Positions 1-9,518 are shown, counted from the stretch's first letter. The stretch: DNA of 64,000 nucleotides from Polyangiales bacterium (GCA_044229975.1 JBGARZ010000006.1:491890-555889); one strand, 5' to 3'. Numbers and translations: made by a program. Notes: a model not told the origin generated them from the letters alone.

Positions 1-1110
1 CGTGCACCCCGGCGGAGCATTGGGCGCGCTGCACGGAACCGTCGTGAGCTGCTCGAAGCGACACGCCTCGTCCTCGCTCCCGAGAACGCTCGCCGACCCG
101 GTGATGCACTCCGACGAGCCCTTGTGCTGATAGACCTCCACCAGCGGCTCGATGCGCGCACGACGCGCGGCGAAGGCAGCGTCGTAGGCGCGACCGTCCT
201 CGGTCACGGCCGCGAACATCAGCCCCGCCGACTGGTTGCTGTTGTGGGGGATCGCGAGGACGTCGCACGGCGTTCCGGTGGAGAGGCAGTCACGTTCGAG
301 GGCGGTCCAGAGCTGGTCGGGCGTCGGCGTCTCGATGTAGCTGACGGGCGTTCGGGGGACGCTGCGGTTACGGAAGATGACGTTGCGGTGGAGGTTGTTG
401 GCGCCGGGCGAGCCGGTCCATTCGTAGCCGACGAAGGTGGTGAAGCGGCAGTCGTCGGTGCGGTCGTAGGCGTCCTCGGCGGCCTGCTGGATCTCCCCCC
501 ACACGGTCTGGAGCTGCGTCTCGCAGAGGCCCTCGTTGCCGCCGCGGCAGATGAGCGGGCGGACGGGCGTTCGGGATGAGAGCGGGACGGCGTAGTCGGT
601 GGCGGCGACGAAGGTGGTCTCGCGCTGCTCGCGGCAGGTGCGCGAGTCGTAGATGGCCGAACCGCGCGTGGTGCAGAGGTTGGTCTCGGCGAGAAACTCG
701 GAGTGGTCGGTGACGGCCGTGAAGTCGAGCGGGCGGGTGAGCTGCGCGCTGCGGGTGGCGCGCCCGGCGGCGTCGTACGGAGGGAGGTCGATGCGCTCGC
801 CGCGGGCGAAGCGGTAGGCGTCGGCGGGGCGAGCGCGGGTGCCCCAGGTGGCGGCGTCGAAGGAGAGCGCGGTGTGAACGTGGAGGTCGCCGAAGAAGGG
901 CTCGCGCAACGGGTTGCGACGGCGACACGCGACGTGATCGTCGGGGCGCACGATGACGCGGGGGAGGTCTTCGGGCGGCGCGTCGACGGCGGCATCGGTG
1001 ACGACATCGACGGCATCGACCGCGGCGTCAAGAACAGGCGTCGGCGTGGTGGACGACTCGCAGGCGGCGAGCGCGAGGGGGACGGCGAGCGCGAGCCACT
1101 TGTCGGCCAT
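1..1110 (-). CDS. DUF3604-family lipoprotein (PHP-like metallohydrolase fold); 5' part only, continues beyond the window start
   Basis: Not in the ORF track because it runs off the edge. Read by hand from ATG 1110: MADKWLALAVPLALAAC (lipobox), then FFGDLHVHTALSFDA, PLDFTAVTDHSE, FVGYEWT, NLHRNVIF, LAIPHNSN and EVYQHKGSSEC, all typical DUF3604 motifs. Confidence 0.85.
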   Translation of the reverse strand, partial: MADKWLALAVPLALAACESSTTPTPVLDAAVDAVDVVTDAAVDAPPEDLPRVIVRPDDHVACRRRNPLREPFFGDLHVHTALSFDAATWGTRARPADAYRFARGERIDLPPYDAAGRATRSAQLTRPLDFTAVTDHSEFLAETNLCTTRGSAIYDSRTCREQRETTFVAATDYAVPLSSRTPVRPLICRGGNEGLCETQLQTVWGEIQQAAEDAYDRTDDCRFTTFVGYEWTGSPGANNLHRNVIFRNRSVPRTPVSYIETPTPDQLWTALERDCLSTGTPCDVLAIPHNSNQSAGLMFAAVTEDGRAYDAAFAARRARIEPLVEVYQHKGSSECITGSASVLGSEDEACRFEQLTTVPCSAPNAPPGCT

Positions 1111-1137
1111 GGCGGGACACCTATAGCGTGCGGCGCC

Positions 1138-1974
1138 GTGAGCGAGCGAAGGGAAAGCGCGGCGCTCCGTGTGTGGCGCGCTCACCCGATGGTGCGCTTC
1201 GTCGTACTGGGAGCGGCGCTCTTCGCGCTCGATCGCTGGCGACACCCACCGGCGCGGGGCAACGACCGGAGCGACATCGTTCTGTCGCGGGACTTCGTCG
1301 CCAACCTGCGCGCGGGGCTCGGTCGCGAGCGGGGCAGGGCGGCGACGGACGCGGAGTTCGAGGCGCGGTTGCAGGAGTACGTCCACGACGAGGCGCTGTA
1401 CCGCAGCGCGCTGGCGATGGGACTCGACCGCGGCGACGGGATCATCCGACGCCGATTGGTTCAGAAGGCGAACTATCTGCTGGAGTCGGAGGCGGAGCCG
1501 GGGACGCCCACCGAGGCCGCGCTGCGCGGGTGGTACGACGCGCACCGAGAGCGCTACCAGACGGGCGCGCGGGTGGACTTCGAGCAGCGGTTCTTCTCGG
1601 GCGATCGTCGCGGATTGCGGGCTGCGGACGATGCTCGGAGCGCCCTGGCCGCGGGCGTTGGTGACGGGACGGGCGACCCGTTTCTGCGGGGCGAGCGCTT
1701 CGTGGACGTGGGCACGGCGGAGGTCGCGGGTGCCTTCGGCGATGCCTTCGCGACGGCGCTGGCGGGCGCACCGGTGGGGCAGTGGAGCGGACCGATCGCG
1801 AGCGCGCATGGTCAGCATCTGGTGCGGGTGACGGCGCGGCGTGAGGCGGCGACGGCGACCTTCGAGGGAGCGCGCGAAGCGGCGACGCGGGACTGGCGCG
1901 AGGCCGAGCGGGCACGACGAACAGAGGCAGCGACAAGAGCGCTGATCGCGGGCTATCGGGTGGTGCGCGAGTGA
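1138..1974 (+). CDS. PpiC/rotamase-like peptidyl-prolyl isomerase domain protein
   Basis: N-terminal TM (FVVLGAALFAL); EALYRSALAMGLDRGDGIIRRRLVQK; WSGPIASAHGQHLV. Start uncertain (GTG 1138 or ATG 1189). Confidence 0.8.
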   Translation: MSERRESAALRVWRAHPMVRFVVLGAALFALDRWRHPPARGNDRSDIVLSRDFVANLRAGLGRERGRAATDAEFEARLQEYVHDEALYRSALAMGLDRGDGIIRRRLVQKANYLLESEAEPGTPTEAALRGWYDAHRERYQTGARVDFEQRFFSGDRRGLRAADDARSALAAGVGDGTGDPFLRGERFVDVGTAEVAGAFGDAFATALAGAPVGQWSGPIASAHGQHLVRVTARREAATATFEGAREAATRDWREAERARRTEAATRALIAGYRVVRE

Positions 1975-2924
1975 GGGCGCGGTGGTGGTGTGCGGCGGCG
2001 GTGTTGGCTCCGGCGGTGGCGTGGGGGCACCCGCTGGCGCTGGGTCTCATCGAGCTGACGGAGCAGCGGGGCGGTCGCGTCGCGGTGACGATGCGCGTCT
2101 CGGGGACCGAGCAGCAGGGCAGCGCGGTCTCGATGGATCCGCCAGCGGGGTGTCGCGCGATGACACCGCTGGCGATGCGCGAAGCGGGCGACACGTGGGA
2201 GGGACGAACGACATGGCAGTGCGCGCGGGGCCTGCGCGGCGCGGCGATGAGGGTGCGCGGGCTGGAGGGTTCGGAGGTGCAGCTCGTGGTTCGCGCGCGG
2301 CTCGCGGATGGCGCGGTGAGCGAGGCGCGACTCGACGACGAGCGGCGGAGGTTCGTGGTCGCGAGGGAGGCGCGGCGGTGGGCGGTGGCGTGGTCGTATC
2401 TGCGGATGGGCGTTCGGCACATCGCGGAGGGGGTCGATCACCTGGCCTTCGTGGCGTGCCTCGCGCTGTGGGTGGGCGCGACGCGCGGCATCTGGTGGGC
2501 GGTGACGGGCTTCACGTTGGGTCACAGCGTCACGCTGGCGCTGGCTGCGACGGGGAGGGTGAGCGTCCCGGCGCGACCGGTGGAGGCGTGCATCGCGCTG
2601 AGCGTGGTGATGCTCGCGTGGGAGGTGGCGCGTGGGAGCGGAGCGCCGAGGAGGGCGTGGGTCATGGCGGCGGGCTTCGGGCTGCTGCATGGACTGGGCT
2701 TCGCGTCGGCGCTGCGGGAGGTCGGGCTGCCGCGCGAGGCGTTGGGGACGGCGCTGGTGGCGTTCAATGCGGGGGTGGAGGTCGGGCAGGTGGCCTTCGT
2801 GGCGCTGGCGATGGGCGCGGCGTGGCTGGTGCGGCGCGCGGGCGTCGACGTGCAGCGGGCGCGCGGTTGGGCGGCGAACCTGGCGGGCGCGTGGGCCGTG
2901 ATGCTGCTGTTGCAGCGGGTGTGA
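1971..2924 (+). CDS. HupE/UreJ family membrane protein
   Basis: Signal peptide ending ..AWGH; GVRHIAEGVDHLAFV, TGFTLGHSVTL, FGLLHGLGFA, FNAGVEVGQ. GTGA overlap with the upstream stop. Confidence 0.9.
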   Translation: MRARWWCAAAVLAPAVAWGHPLALGLIELTEQRGGRVAVTMRVSGTEQQGSAVSMDPPAGCRAMTPLAMREAGDTWEGRTTWQCARGLRGAAMRVRGLEGSEVQLVVRARLADGAVSEARLDDERRRFVVAREARRWAVAWSYLRMGVRHIAEGVDHLAFVACLALWVGATRGIWWAVTGFTLGHSVTLALAATGRVSVPARPVEACIALSVVMLAWEVARGSGAPRRAWVMAAGFGLLHGLGFASALREVGLPREALGTALVAFNAGVEVGQVAFVALAMGAAWLVRRAGVDVQRARGWAANLAGAWAVMLLLQRV

Positions 2925-2969
2925 GCGGGACACTGGACGGCCCGCGTGGGCATCGCCATAAGAGGCGCC

Positions 2970-3689
2970 ATGGCGGCATCAACGGGTGAGTGGAAGGTCT
3001 TGCGGCACGGGCCGATCGAGAAGCTCGCGGACAACCTCTGGCGGGTCACTGGAGCGCTGCCGGGGATGTCGCTGGAGCGCACCATGGTCATCGCGCGGCT
3101 GCGATCGGGGGAGCTGGTGATCCACAACGCCATCGCCATGGACGAAGCGTCCATGAAGGAGATCGAGGCGTGGGGGACGCCAGCGTTCATCGTGGTGCCC
3201 AATGGGGGGCATCGGCTCGACGCGCCGGCCTTCAAGAAGCGCTACCCCACTGCGAAGGTGATGGCGCCGCGCGGCAGCCGCGAGAAGGTGGCGCAGGTGG
3301 TGGCCGTCGACCTCGACTACGAGGGCTTCCCGACGGGCGACGACACGGTGCGCTTCGAGACGCTACGCGGCGTGGGAGAGAGCGAGGGCGCGATGATCGT
3401 TCGCTCGGCCGACGGGGTGTCGGTGGTGCTCAACGACGTGATGTTCAACATGGACACCAAGAAGGATCCGTTGGGGTGGTTCTTCACGACGGTGATGGGG
3501 TCGGCGCCGGGTCCGCGGGTGTCGCGGCTGGCGAAGCTGGTGTTCGTGAAGGACAAGAAGGCGCTGCGCGGGGAGTTCGAGCGGCTCGCCGCGACGCCCG
3601 ATCTGGTGCGTGTGATCGTGGCGCACGAGAAGGTCGCGAGCGGCGCGGAGGCGGCGGCGTCGCTGCGGCAGGCCGCGACGTATCTGTGA
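2970..3689 (+). CDS. Metallo-beta-lactamase-fold protein (DUF4336-like)
   Basis: RTMVIARLRSGELVIHNAI, IVVPNGGHRLDA, VIVAHE; AGAGG RBS before ATG 2970. Confidence 0.7.
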   Translation: MAASTGEWKVLRHGPIEKLADNLWRVTGALPGMSLERTMVIARLRSGELVIHNAIAMDEASMKEIEAWGTPAFIVVPNGGHRLDAPAFKKRYPTAKVMAPRGSREKVAQVVAVDLDYEGFPTGDDTVRFETLRGVGESEGAMIVRSADGVSVVLNDVMFNMDTKKDPLGWFFTTVMGSAPGPRVSRLAKLVFVKDKKALRGEFERLAATPDLVRVIVAHEKVASGAEAAASLRQAATYL

Positions 3690-3694
3690 GCGGA

Positions 3695-4630
3695 TCAGCG
3701 CTTCGCTGAGCGTGACTTCGACGAGGGGGGGCGCACCACAGCGGCGGCGGTGGCGAGCGTCGCCGCGCGGCGGATCCACCGATCGAGCGTCGCGAGGTCG
3801 GTGCAGGCGACCACCCGCGCGCGGACCTCCTCGGAGACCGGGATGCCGCGCGCCGCGAGCACATCGAGGATCGCCGCGGCCTTTCCTTCGGCCTTTCCTT
3901 CGGCCTTTCCCTTGGCCTCGCCCTTCGATTGGGCATCGTCGAGGCTCTCCTGCCACGGAGACGGGAGCTTGATGGCGGCGAACGAGGGGTGGAGCATGAG
4001 CTTCTCCAGACGCTTGCGAAACGCGGGGGCGAGCGCCTCCAACAGCATCGCAAGGTACCCGGCGCGGTGCTTGACGTCGAGGGCGCCGAGAGCAACCGGC
4101 AGCACCGGGAGCAGCACCCCTCCTTCGGGACTCCGTCCGTGGGAGACCGCCGCCAGGAGGGTGAGCTCAGGGTGGCTTCGTGCGACGTCGGGTTCGGTGA
4201 TGGGCGGAAGCTCTTCGGGACCGAGCACGGCGGGGATGAGGCTCGGCACCCCAGGAGTGAGCTCGATCGGCTGACGCGCCCACGCGGCCACCGCATCGGT
4301 CGGGGCGATGACGAGCAGCCACACGGGTCGGCGCGTGCGGGCCCGCAGCGCGGAGACGTACACGGGCCACGTGAAGGGCTTGTCGGCGTCTACCCCGAGC
4401 TGCACCTCCACGACGATGGAGCCGGTGAGCGCGTTGTCTCCGTCACGGAGCTCGACCACGAGGTCGGCGCGAAACTCCACCGACACGAGCTGATCGAGCG
4501 CGGTCTCGGTGGGAGTCGCCGTCGCGAAGGTCGGCAGCGCGGCGTGCGCGGCGCGGGCGATGAGCTCAACGGCCAGGGCAGGCCGCACGCGGAACAGCTC
4601 GATGAGCGCCTGGTGGGTCGTCGACGGCAT
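3695..4630 (-). CDS. Rpn/PD-(D/E)XK-like putative nuclease or transposase-related protein
   Basis: EFRADLVV..IVVEVQL..K..WPVY core, GKAE tandem repeats, and C-terminal ILDVLAARGI..CTDLATLDRWIRRA tail typical of this family. Confidence 0.75.
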   Translation of the reverse strand: MPSTTHQALIELFRVRPALAVELIARAAHAALPTFATATPTETALDQLVSVEFRADLVVELRDGDNALTGSIVVEVQLGVDADKPFTWPVYVSALRARTRRPVWLLVIAPTDAVAAWARQPIELTPGVPSLIPAVLGPEELPPITEPDVARSHPELTLLAAVSHGRSPEGGVLLPVLPVALGALDVKHRAGYLAMLLEALAPAFRKRLEKLMLHPSFAAIKLPSPWQESLDDAQSKGEAKGKAEGKAEGKAAAILDVLAARGIPVSEEVRARVVACTDLATLDRWIRRAATLATAAAVVRPPSSKSRSAKR

Positions 4631-4693
4631 CGCGGAGCCATCGTCGTCGCACGGGCGAACGGGCGACGGCAACTGTGGGCTCCCGAGTTCCGC

Positions 4694-6145
4694 TCACCCC
4701 CGCGTGACGGCCATCGGATACGCGCAGTACAGCGTCGAAAACGACCCCGCCGGCCTGTGATTCCCGCTCCGTCGCACCCCGCCAAACGGCAGCCGGCTCG
4801 ACGCGCCCACGGTCGGCGCGTTCCAGCTCAGCGCGCCTACGTGGAGTCCGCGCGCGGCCCGCTCGAAGCGCTGCTCGCTCGCAGTCCACACGCCCGCGGT
4901 GAGCCCGTAGTCGGTGTCGTCCGCCACCGCGATGGCCTCCTCCAGATCGTCCACCACGTACACCGCCAGGTCCGGCCCGAACGCCTCTTCGCGCTGATAC
5001 GCGCTGTGCTTCTCGCGCCTCGTCACCACCCGCACGCGCGGCGTCACGTAGCACCCGCGGTGCGCCCGTCCCTCCCACGTCACGCTCGCCTCGGTCGGCG
5101 CGATCACCGCCGTCGCGCCTTCCCCTTCCGCGAGCCGTTGCAGCGCCTCGAACTTCTCCACCGCCTTCGGCGACGCCAGCGGCCCGCAGAACGCCGTCGC
5201 ATCCATCGGGTGCCCGATCAACAGACCCGCCGCCCGCGTCGCCACCGCGTCGATGAAGCGCTCGGAGATGGCCCGCGTGACCACCAGCCGCGACGCACAC
5301 GAGCACCGCTGCCCGGTGGTGACAAACGCGCTCTGCACCACGTCCTCCACGGCCTTCTCGAAGGGCGCGTCGTCGAGCACCACGGCGGCGTTCTTCCCTC
5401 CCAGTTCGAGCGCGAGGATGCGCCCTGGCGTCGCCACGTTGGCCCGCCGCAGCTTCTCGCCCACGCCGTACGACCCGGTGAACAACACCCCGTCGACGCC
5501 CGCGTGGTTGCCCAGCGCCGCGCCCACCGAACCCTCTCCCTGCACCAGGTTGAACACCCCCGGCGGGAAGCCCACCGACTCGACGACCTTCGCGTAGACG
5601 ATGGCGCAGCCCGGCGTGAGCTCGCTCGGCTTGAACACCACCGTGTTGCCCATGAGCAGCGCCGGGACGATGTGCCCGTGCGGCAGGTGCAGCGGGAAGT
5701 TGAAGGGCCCCAGCACCGCGAGCACACCGTGCGGCCGCCAGCGCCACGAGAAGCGCTCGTCGAGCGTCGTGTCGCGCACCAACGCCGCACCGTCGGCGAG
5801 GGTGATGTCCACCTTGGCGATCATCGCCTTCACCTCGGCGCGCGCCTCGCGGAGCACCTTCCCCATCTCGCGGGTGATCGCGAGGGCGAGGGCGTTTTCA
5901 TGCTGCGTGAGCGCGTCGCGGAGCTTCGTCAGCAGGGCCGCGCGGGCTTCGACACCCAGCGCGTCCCAGGCGGGTTGCGCCTCGCGGGCGGCGGCGACGG
6001 CGTCGTCGACGTGGGCGAGCGCGTAGGCCACGGGCGGCAGCGCGTCGTCGAGGTCGGCGGGCGCATGGCGGGTCAGCACACCATCGGGAGCGACCGCGGG
6101 CACCCAACGCCCACGGAGAAACGAACCGGCGTCATCGGGGATCAT
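4694..6145 (-). CDS. astD: Aldehyde dehydrogenase, succinylglutamate-semialdehyde dehydrogenase-like
   Basis: GPFNFPLHLPHGHIVPALLMGNTVVFKPSE, FTGS, LELGGKN, GQRCSC and the AstD-type C-terminus SGNHRP...YCAYP. Confidence 0.75.
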   Translation of the reverse strand: MIPDDAGSFLRGRWVPAVAPDGVLTRHAPADLDDALPPVAYALAHVDDAVAAAREAQPAWDALGVEARAALLTKLRDALTQHENALALAITREMGKVLREARAEVKAMIAKVDITLADGAALVRDTTLDERFSWRWRPHGVLAVLGPFNFPLHLPHGHIVPALLMGNTVVFKPSELTPGCAIVYAKVVESVGFPPGVFNLVQGEGSVGAALGNHAGVDGVLFTGSYGVGEKLRRANVATPGRILALELGGKNAAVVLDDAPFEKAVEDVVQSAFVTTGQRCSCASRLVVTRAISERFIDAVATRAAGLLIGHPMDATAFCGPLASPKAVEKFEALQRLAEGEGATAVIAPTEASVTWEGRAHRGCYVTPRVRVVTRREKHSAYQREEAFGPDLAVYVVDDLEEAIAVADDTDYGLTAGVWTASEQRFERAARGLHVGALSWNAPTVGASSRLPFGGVRRSGNHRPAGSFSTLYCAYPMAVTRG

Positions 6146-6169
6146 CGCCGCGAGGATGCCACCGATCCG

Positions 6170-7774
6170 CTACACCCGGCTCGCCCCGCGCAGCCACGGC
6201 AGCGCCTTCACCGGCTCCGCCGCGATGGCGCTCAACACACCACCCACGAAGGCGCCCATCACGCCGACGGAGGCCATGTCGCTGCCCGACAGGAAGAGGT
6301 CGCGCACGGGCGTTCGCGGGCGGAGGTACTGGTTGCGGTAGCGCTCAGGCGTCGGCTCGATGCCGTAGATCGCACCGGCCGGCGCGCGGGTGAAGTGCTC
6401 CGTCGAGATCGGCGTCGACAGCTCCGCGAAGGCCAGCATCGGCGCCAGCGCGGGCATGTGCTCAAGAAACTGCTTCCGAATGCGCTCGGTGAGGCTCTCC
6501 TTCAGCGCGTCGTAGTCCTCGCCGCGGCGCTTCCATCGCTTGTCGGCCCACTCGCGGAAGAACTCATACGGGACGAAGGTCACCACCTCACCCGTGTGCA
6601 GCTCGTCGGGTCCGGGGTCGTGCTGCGGGTCCTTCAGCGACGGAAACGATGTGTACAGACACGGCGCCCGCGCGCTCGGATCGGCCACGTCCCACTCGGG
6701 CTTCTCCGTCGACCACGTCTCGTAGAACCACTTGTTGGCCGCGGTCGCGCCCGCCTTCCGGATGTCGCCCTTGAAGCCGAGGTACAGGCACACATGACAC
6801 GGCGACGGCTTGAGCGACGCGATGGACCTCGCCCACGGCTTCTCCCGCTCGGCCAACGGCAGCAGCTTCGTCACCGTCGTCAAAGCACCCGCCGCGCTGA
6901 TGACACGCCGCGCGCGAATCACCTCGCCGTCCTTCAAGCGCACCCCGACCGCGCGGTTGTCTTCAATCAAGATCTCTTCCACCGACGCGTTGATGCGCGT
7001 GAACCCGCCGCCCTCGGCGACCGTCGCGAGCAGCCCCTCGGCGATGCTGGCTGATCCGCCCTTCGGATAGAACCCGCCGTGCAGGAAGTGCCTCGCCACC
7101 AGCGCATGGATGGCGAACGAGCTCCGGTCGGGAGTCACCCCGTAGTAGCCCCACTGCGCCGTCAACACGCTCTTGAGCTTCTCGTCGCGGGTGATGCCGT
7201 CGAGCACGTCGCGGGTGCGGGTGAGCAGGAGCTTCGTGGCGTCGGGCGCGATGACCCCATCGGTGACGCCCGACCACGACGGCGGCATCAGCCGAGAGAG
7301 GTAGTAGCGGCGCATGCCCGAGGAGACCTCGCGCGCCGTTTGGAGGTAGCGCGCGATGGCGTCGGCCTCCTTCGGAAACGCCTCGACCAGGTTGGCCTCG
7401 AACTGCTGCTTGCTGTCCGGGAAGTCGATGCGCAGGTCGGGGAAATAGAACTCGTCGTACACGCCGCCCAGCGACGTCCATTCGAGGCGGTTGCGGGTGA
7501 GGGCGCGCAGCACGCGGCCGATGACCGAGCGCGAGTCCACCTCACCGACGGCGTGCACGCCGACGTCCCAGCTCCAGCGCTTGCGCTTGAAGGTGTGCGT
7601 GAACCCGCCCGGAACGTAGTGCTGTTCGAGCACCAGCACGCGGCGTCCGAGGCGCGAGAGCATCGCGGCGGTGGTCATGCCGCCCATGCCCGACCCGATG
7701 ACCACTGCGTCCCACGGGCCGGGCGGAGACTTGGTGTCGTAGTGGCGTTGGCGGGACGGGCGGGCAGTGCTCAT
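6170..7774 (-). CDS. FAD-dependent oxidoreductase, phytoene dehydrogenase / retinol saturase-like
   Basis: VIGSGMGG Rossmann motif, VLEQHYVPGGFTHTF, WDVGVH, GGFYPKGG, STPIS..F..GAIYG, LFLSGSD. Confidence 0.85.
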   Translation of the reverse strand: MSTARPSRQRHYDTKSPPGPWDAVVIGSGMGGMTTAAMLSRLGRRVLVLEQHYVPGGFTHTFKRKRWSWDVGVHAVGEVDSRSVIGRVLRALTRNRLEWTSLGGVYDEFYFPDLRIDFPDSKQQFEANLVEAFPKEADAIARYLQTAREVSSGMRRYYLSRLMPPSWSGVTDGVIAPDATKLLLTRTRDVLDGITRDEKLKSVLTAQWGYYGVTPDRSSFAIHALVARHFLHGGFYPKGGSASIAEGLLATVAEGGGFTRINASVEEILIEDNRAVGVRLKDGEVIRARRVISAAGALTTVTKLLPLAEREKPWARSIASLKPSPCHVCLYLGFKGDIRKAGATAANKWFYETWSTEKPEWDVADPSARAPCLYTSFPSLKDPQHDPGPDELHTGEVVTFVPYEFFREWADKRWKRRGEDYDALKESLTERIRKQFLEHMPALAPMLAFAELSTPISTEHFTRAPAGAIYGIEPTPERYRNQYLRPRTPVRDLFLSGSDMASVGVMGAFVGGVLSAIAAEPVKALPWLRGASRV

Positions 7775-7812
7775 GGGGCGCGCAATGTATCAAAACCCGT
7801 CGCGCCGAAGGT

Positions 7813-8577
7813 TCACCCGTCCAGCGAGACCAGCGCCGCCGCCACGTCGCTCTTCCACGCCGCCGGATCGATGCCCGGCGGGCACAACGGCACCACCCCG
7901 AAGCCACCGGGCCGCGTGAGTCGCTGGTCGTAGCGCGCGCCGGGGCAGTGCTTTCGTAGCGTGGTCAGCACGGTCGTGAAGTTGGCCATGCTCGACGGCG
8001 CCAGGGACGCGCCGAGGAAGGCGTAGTTCATCGAGCGCTCGTAGATCGCGAGCACGGTGCCCACCGAGCGCTCTCGCACGTACACGAAGGACTCCCGCAG
8101 CTCGGTGGTCTTCGTCGTCGTCACGGTCTTCGTCGTCCGCATCGAAAGCCCACCGGTGAGCAGCGCCCGCCCCGCGCTGAACGACTTCACCGTCGACTCC
8201 TCCGTGCTCGTCGTCACGCCCGTGCGAACCCCATGGATCAACAGCTCCACCGCCTCGTAGGGCACCTCGCGCGTGCGCCCGTCGCGCATCGTCGCCACCA
8301 CCGCGCCCGGCCCGAAGGCCAGCGACGCGGCCATGTCCCGCCGTCGATCGTTGGCCACGTCATCACCGTCGAGCACGGCCGCAGCGAGCCCATCGGCCCG
8401 CAGCCCCTTCGCCTGCTCGTCGGCCAGCGATCGGTCGGCGAGCACCGCGACGATCCTGGGATAGTCCCCCGCGAGCCGGGTGCGCGCCTCGTAGGCCGAG
8501 ATGCCTTGCCGCGCGCCCAACGCCACAGCAGCGCGGTCGAGGGCAGCGGGCGCGCGGAGCAGCGTCACCATGTGCAT
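7813..8577 (-). CDS. Hypothetical protein
   Basis: Coding-like ORF from ATG 8577 (contains SFSAGRALLTGGL); no recognisable family. Confidence 0.6.
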   Translation of the reverse strand: MHMVTLLRAPAALDRAAVALGARQGISAYEARTRLAGDYPRIVAVLADRSLADEQAKGLRADGLAAAVLDGDDVANDRRRDMAASLAFGPGAVVATMRDGRTREVPYEAVELLIHGVRTGVTTSTEESTVKSFSAGRALLTGGLSMRTTKTVTTTKTTELRESFVYVRERSVGTVLAIYERSMNYAFLGASLAPSSMANFTTVLTTLRKHCPGARYDQRLTRPGGFGVVPLCPPGIDPAAWKSDVAAALVSLDG

Positions 8578-8683
8578 CGCGCCAGTGTAGTCGCGCGACG
8601 ACCTGACACGCGCGGCCGTTGCATCGTTGACGAAATGTCCCGATCGACGATCGTCAACGCACGAATTCCCGAGAGATTCACGC

Positions 8684-8697
8684 GGCACGACGGCTGC
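8684..8697 (+). promoter_or_regulatory. Candidate sigma-54 (-24/-12) promoter
   Basis: GGCACGACGGCTGC fits GG-N10-GC with a GGCACG head, 15 nt before ATG 8713. Confidence 0.35.
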
Positions 8698-8712
8698 TGT
8701 CGCCTCTCTGCC

Positions 8713-9369
8713 ATGAGCGCATCAACCCCCGACGACGTGTCTCCGACGACCCCCTATCGCACCGCGCAGTACGTCTGCCCGGTGGCTCCAACGGCGCCCT
8801 GGCGCGTGCTCTCGCTCGTGAGCTTCGGGCTCTCCGCGTTGGCGGTGCTGGTGACGCTGACGTCGTTCCAGCTCACCAGCTCGCTGGTGGGGATGGTGCG
8901 TATGCAGTCGGTGCAGCGGTCGGTGGTGGACCTTCGACGGCGCGCTCCTCCGCCGCCTGCTCTGGTGCAGGGTGTTCCGCCGTTGCCGCTGCCGGTGGAG
9001 GTCGCGCGGCCCTTGATGGACGGGATACGCCCCGTCGGGCGCGACGTGTACGTCGTCTCGCGCGGCGCCATCGAGGCGGCCATCAACAGCCCCGCGGCGC
9101 TGATGCGGCGCACGACGATCTCCCCCGAGACACGCGACGGGCGCGTGGTCGGCGTGCGGGTGTTCGGCATCCAACCGGGCGACATGCTCGACAGCCTGGG
9201 CTTCGAGAACGGCGACGTGCTGCGCGCGGTCAACGGCTTCGACGTCGCGTCGCCCGACCGCTGCCTCGAAGCGTACACGCGGCTCCGATCCACCGACCGC
9301 ATCGAGCTGAGCTTCGAGCGGCGCGGGCGCCTGCGTTCGCACATCTACGCCATCGTCTCCGGGGTGTGA
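8713..9369 (+). CDS. Membrane-anchored PDZ protein resembling the GspC C-terminal domain
   Basis: One TM helix, Pro-rich linker, then PETRDGRVVGVRVFGIQPGDMLDSLGFENGDVLRAVNG..ERRG. Confidence 0.75.
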   Translation: MSASTPDDVSPTTPYRTAQYVCPVAPTAPWRVLSLVSFGLSALAVLVTLTSFQLTSSLVGMVRMQSVQRSVVDLRRRAPPPPALVQGVPPLPLPVEVARPLMDGIRPVGRDVYVVSRGAIEAAINSPAALMRRTTISPETRDGRVVGVRVFGIQPGDMLDSLGFENGDVLRAVNGFDVASPDRCLEAYTRLRSTDRIELSFERRGRLRSHIYAIVSGV

Positions 9370-9380
9370 GCCGGGCGGTT

Positions 9381-9484
9381 GTACGAGCCCACCGTGCGCC
9401 GGAGTTCGCGTGACCCCATCGCGAGTGCGTGCAGTCGCTCACTCCGGGCTATTTCAGGTGGTCACCTCGCTGGGCGAGGTTGCA
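9381..9484. repeat. Left arm of a 104-bp inverted repeat (REP/REPIN-like)
   Basis: Matches the reverse complement of 11101-11204 at 99/104 positions. Confidence 0.95.
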
Positions 9485-9518
9485 GCAAATCTCGGCTGAC
9501 GATGAGCGAGTCGATGGC

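Noticed and set aside
3878..3922. 12-bp tandem repeat GGCCTTTCCTTC
   Set aside because: Encodes the GKAE repeats normal for Rpn-like proteins; no IS ends or TSD found around the gene.
3929..7054. 1041-aa plus-strand ORF
   Set aside because: Antisense shadow of the Rpn-like, ALDH and oxidoreductase genes; Arg/Gly/His-rich with no motifs, typical of high-GC DNA.
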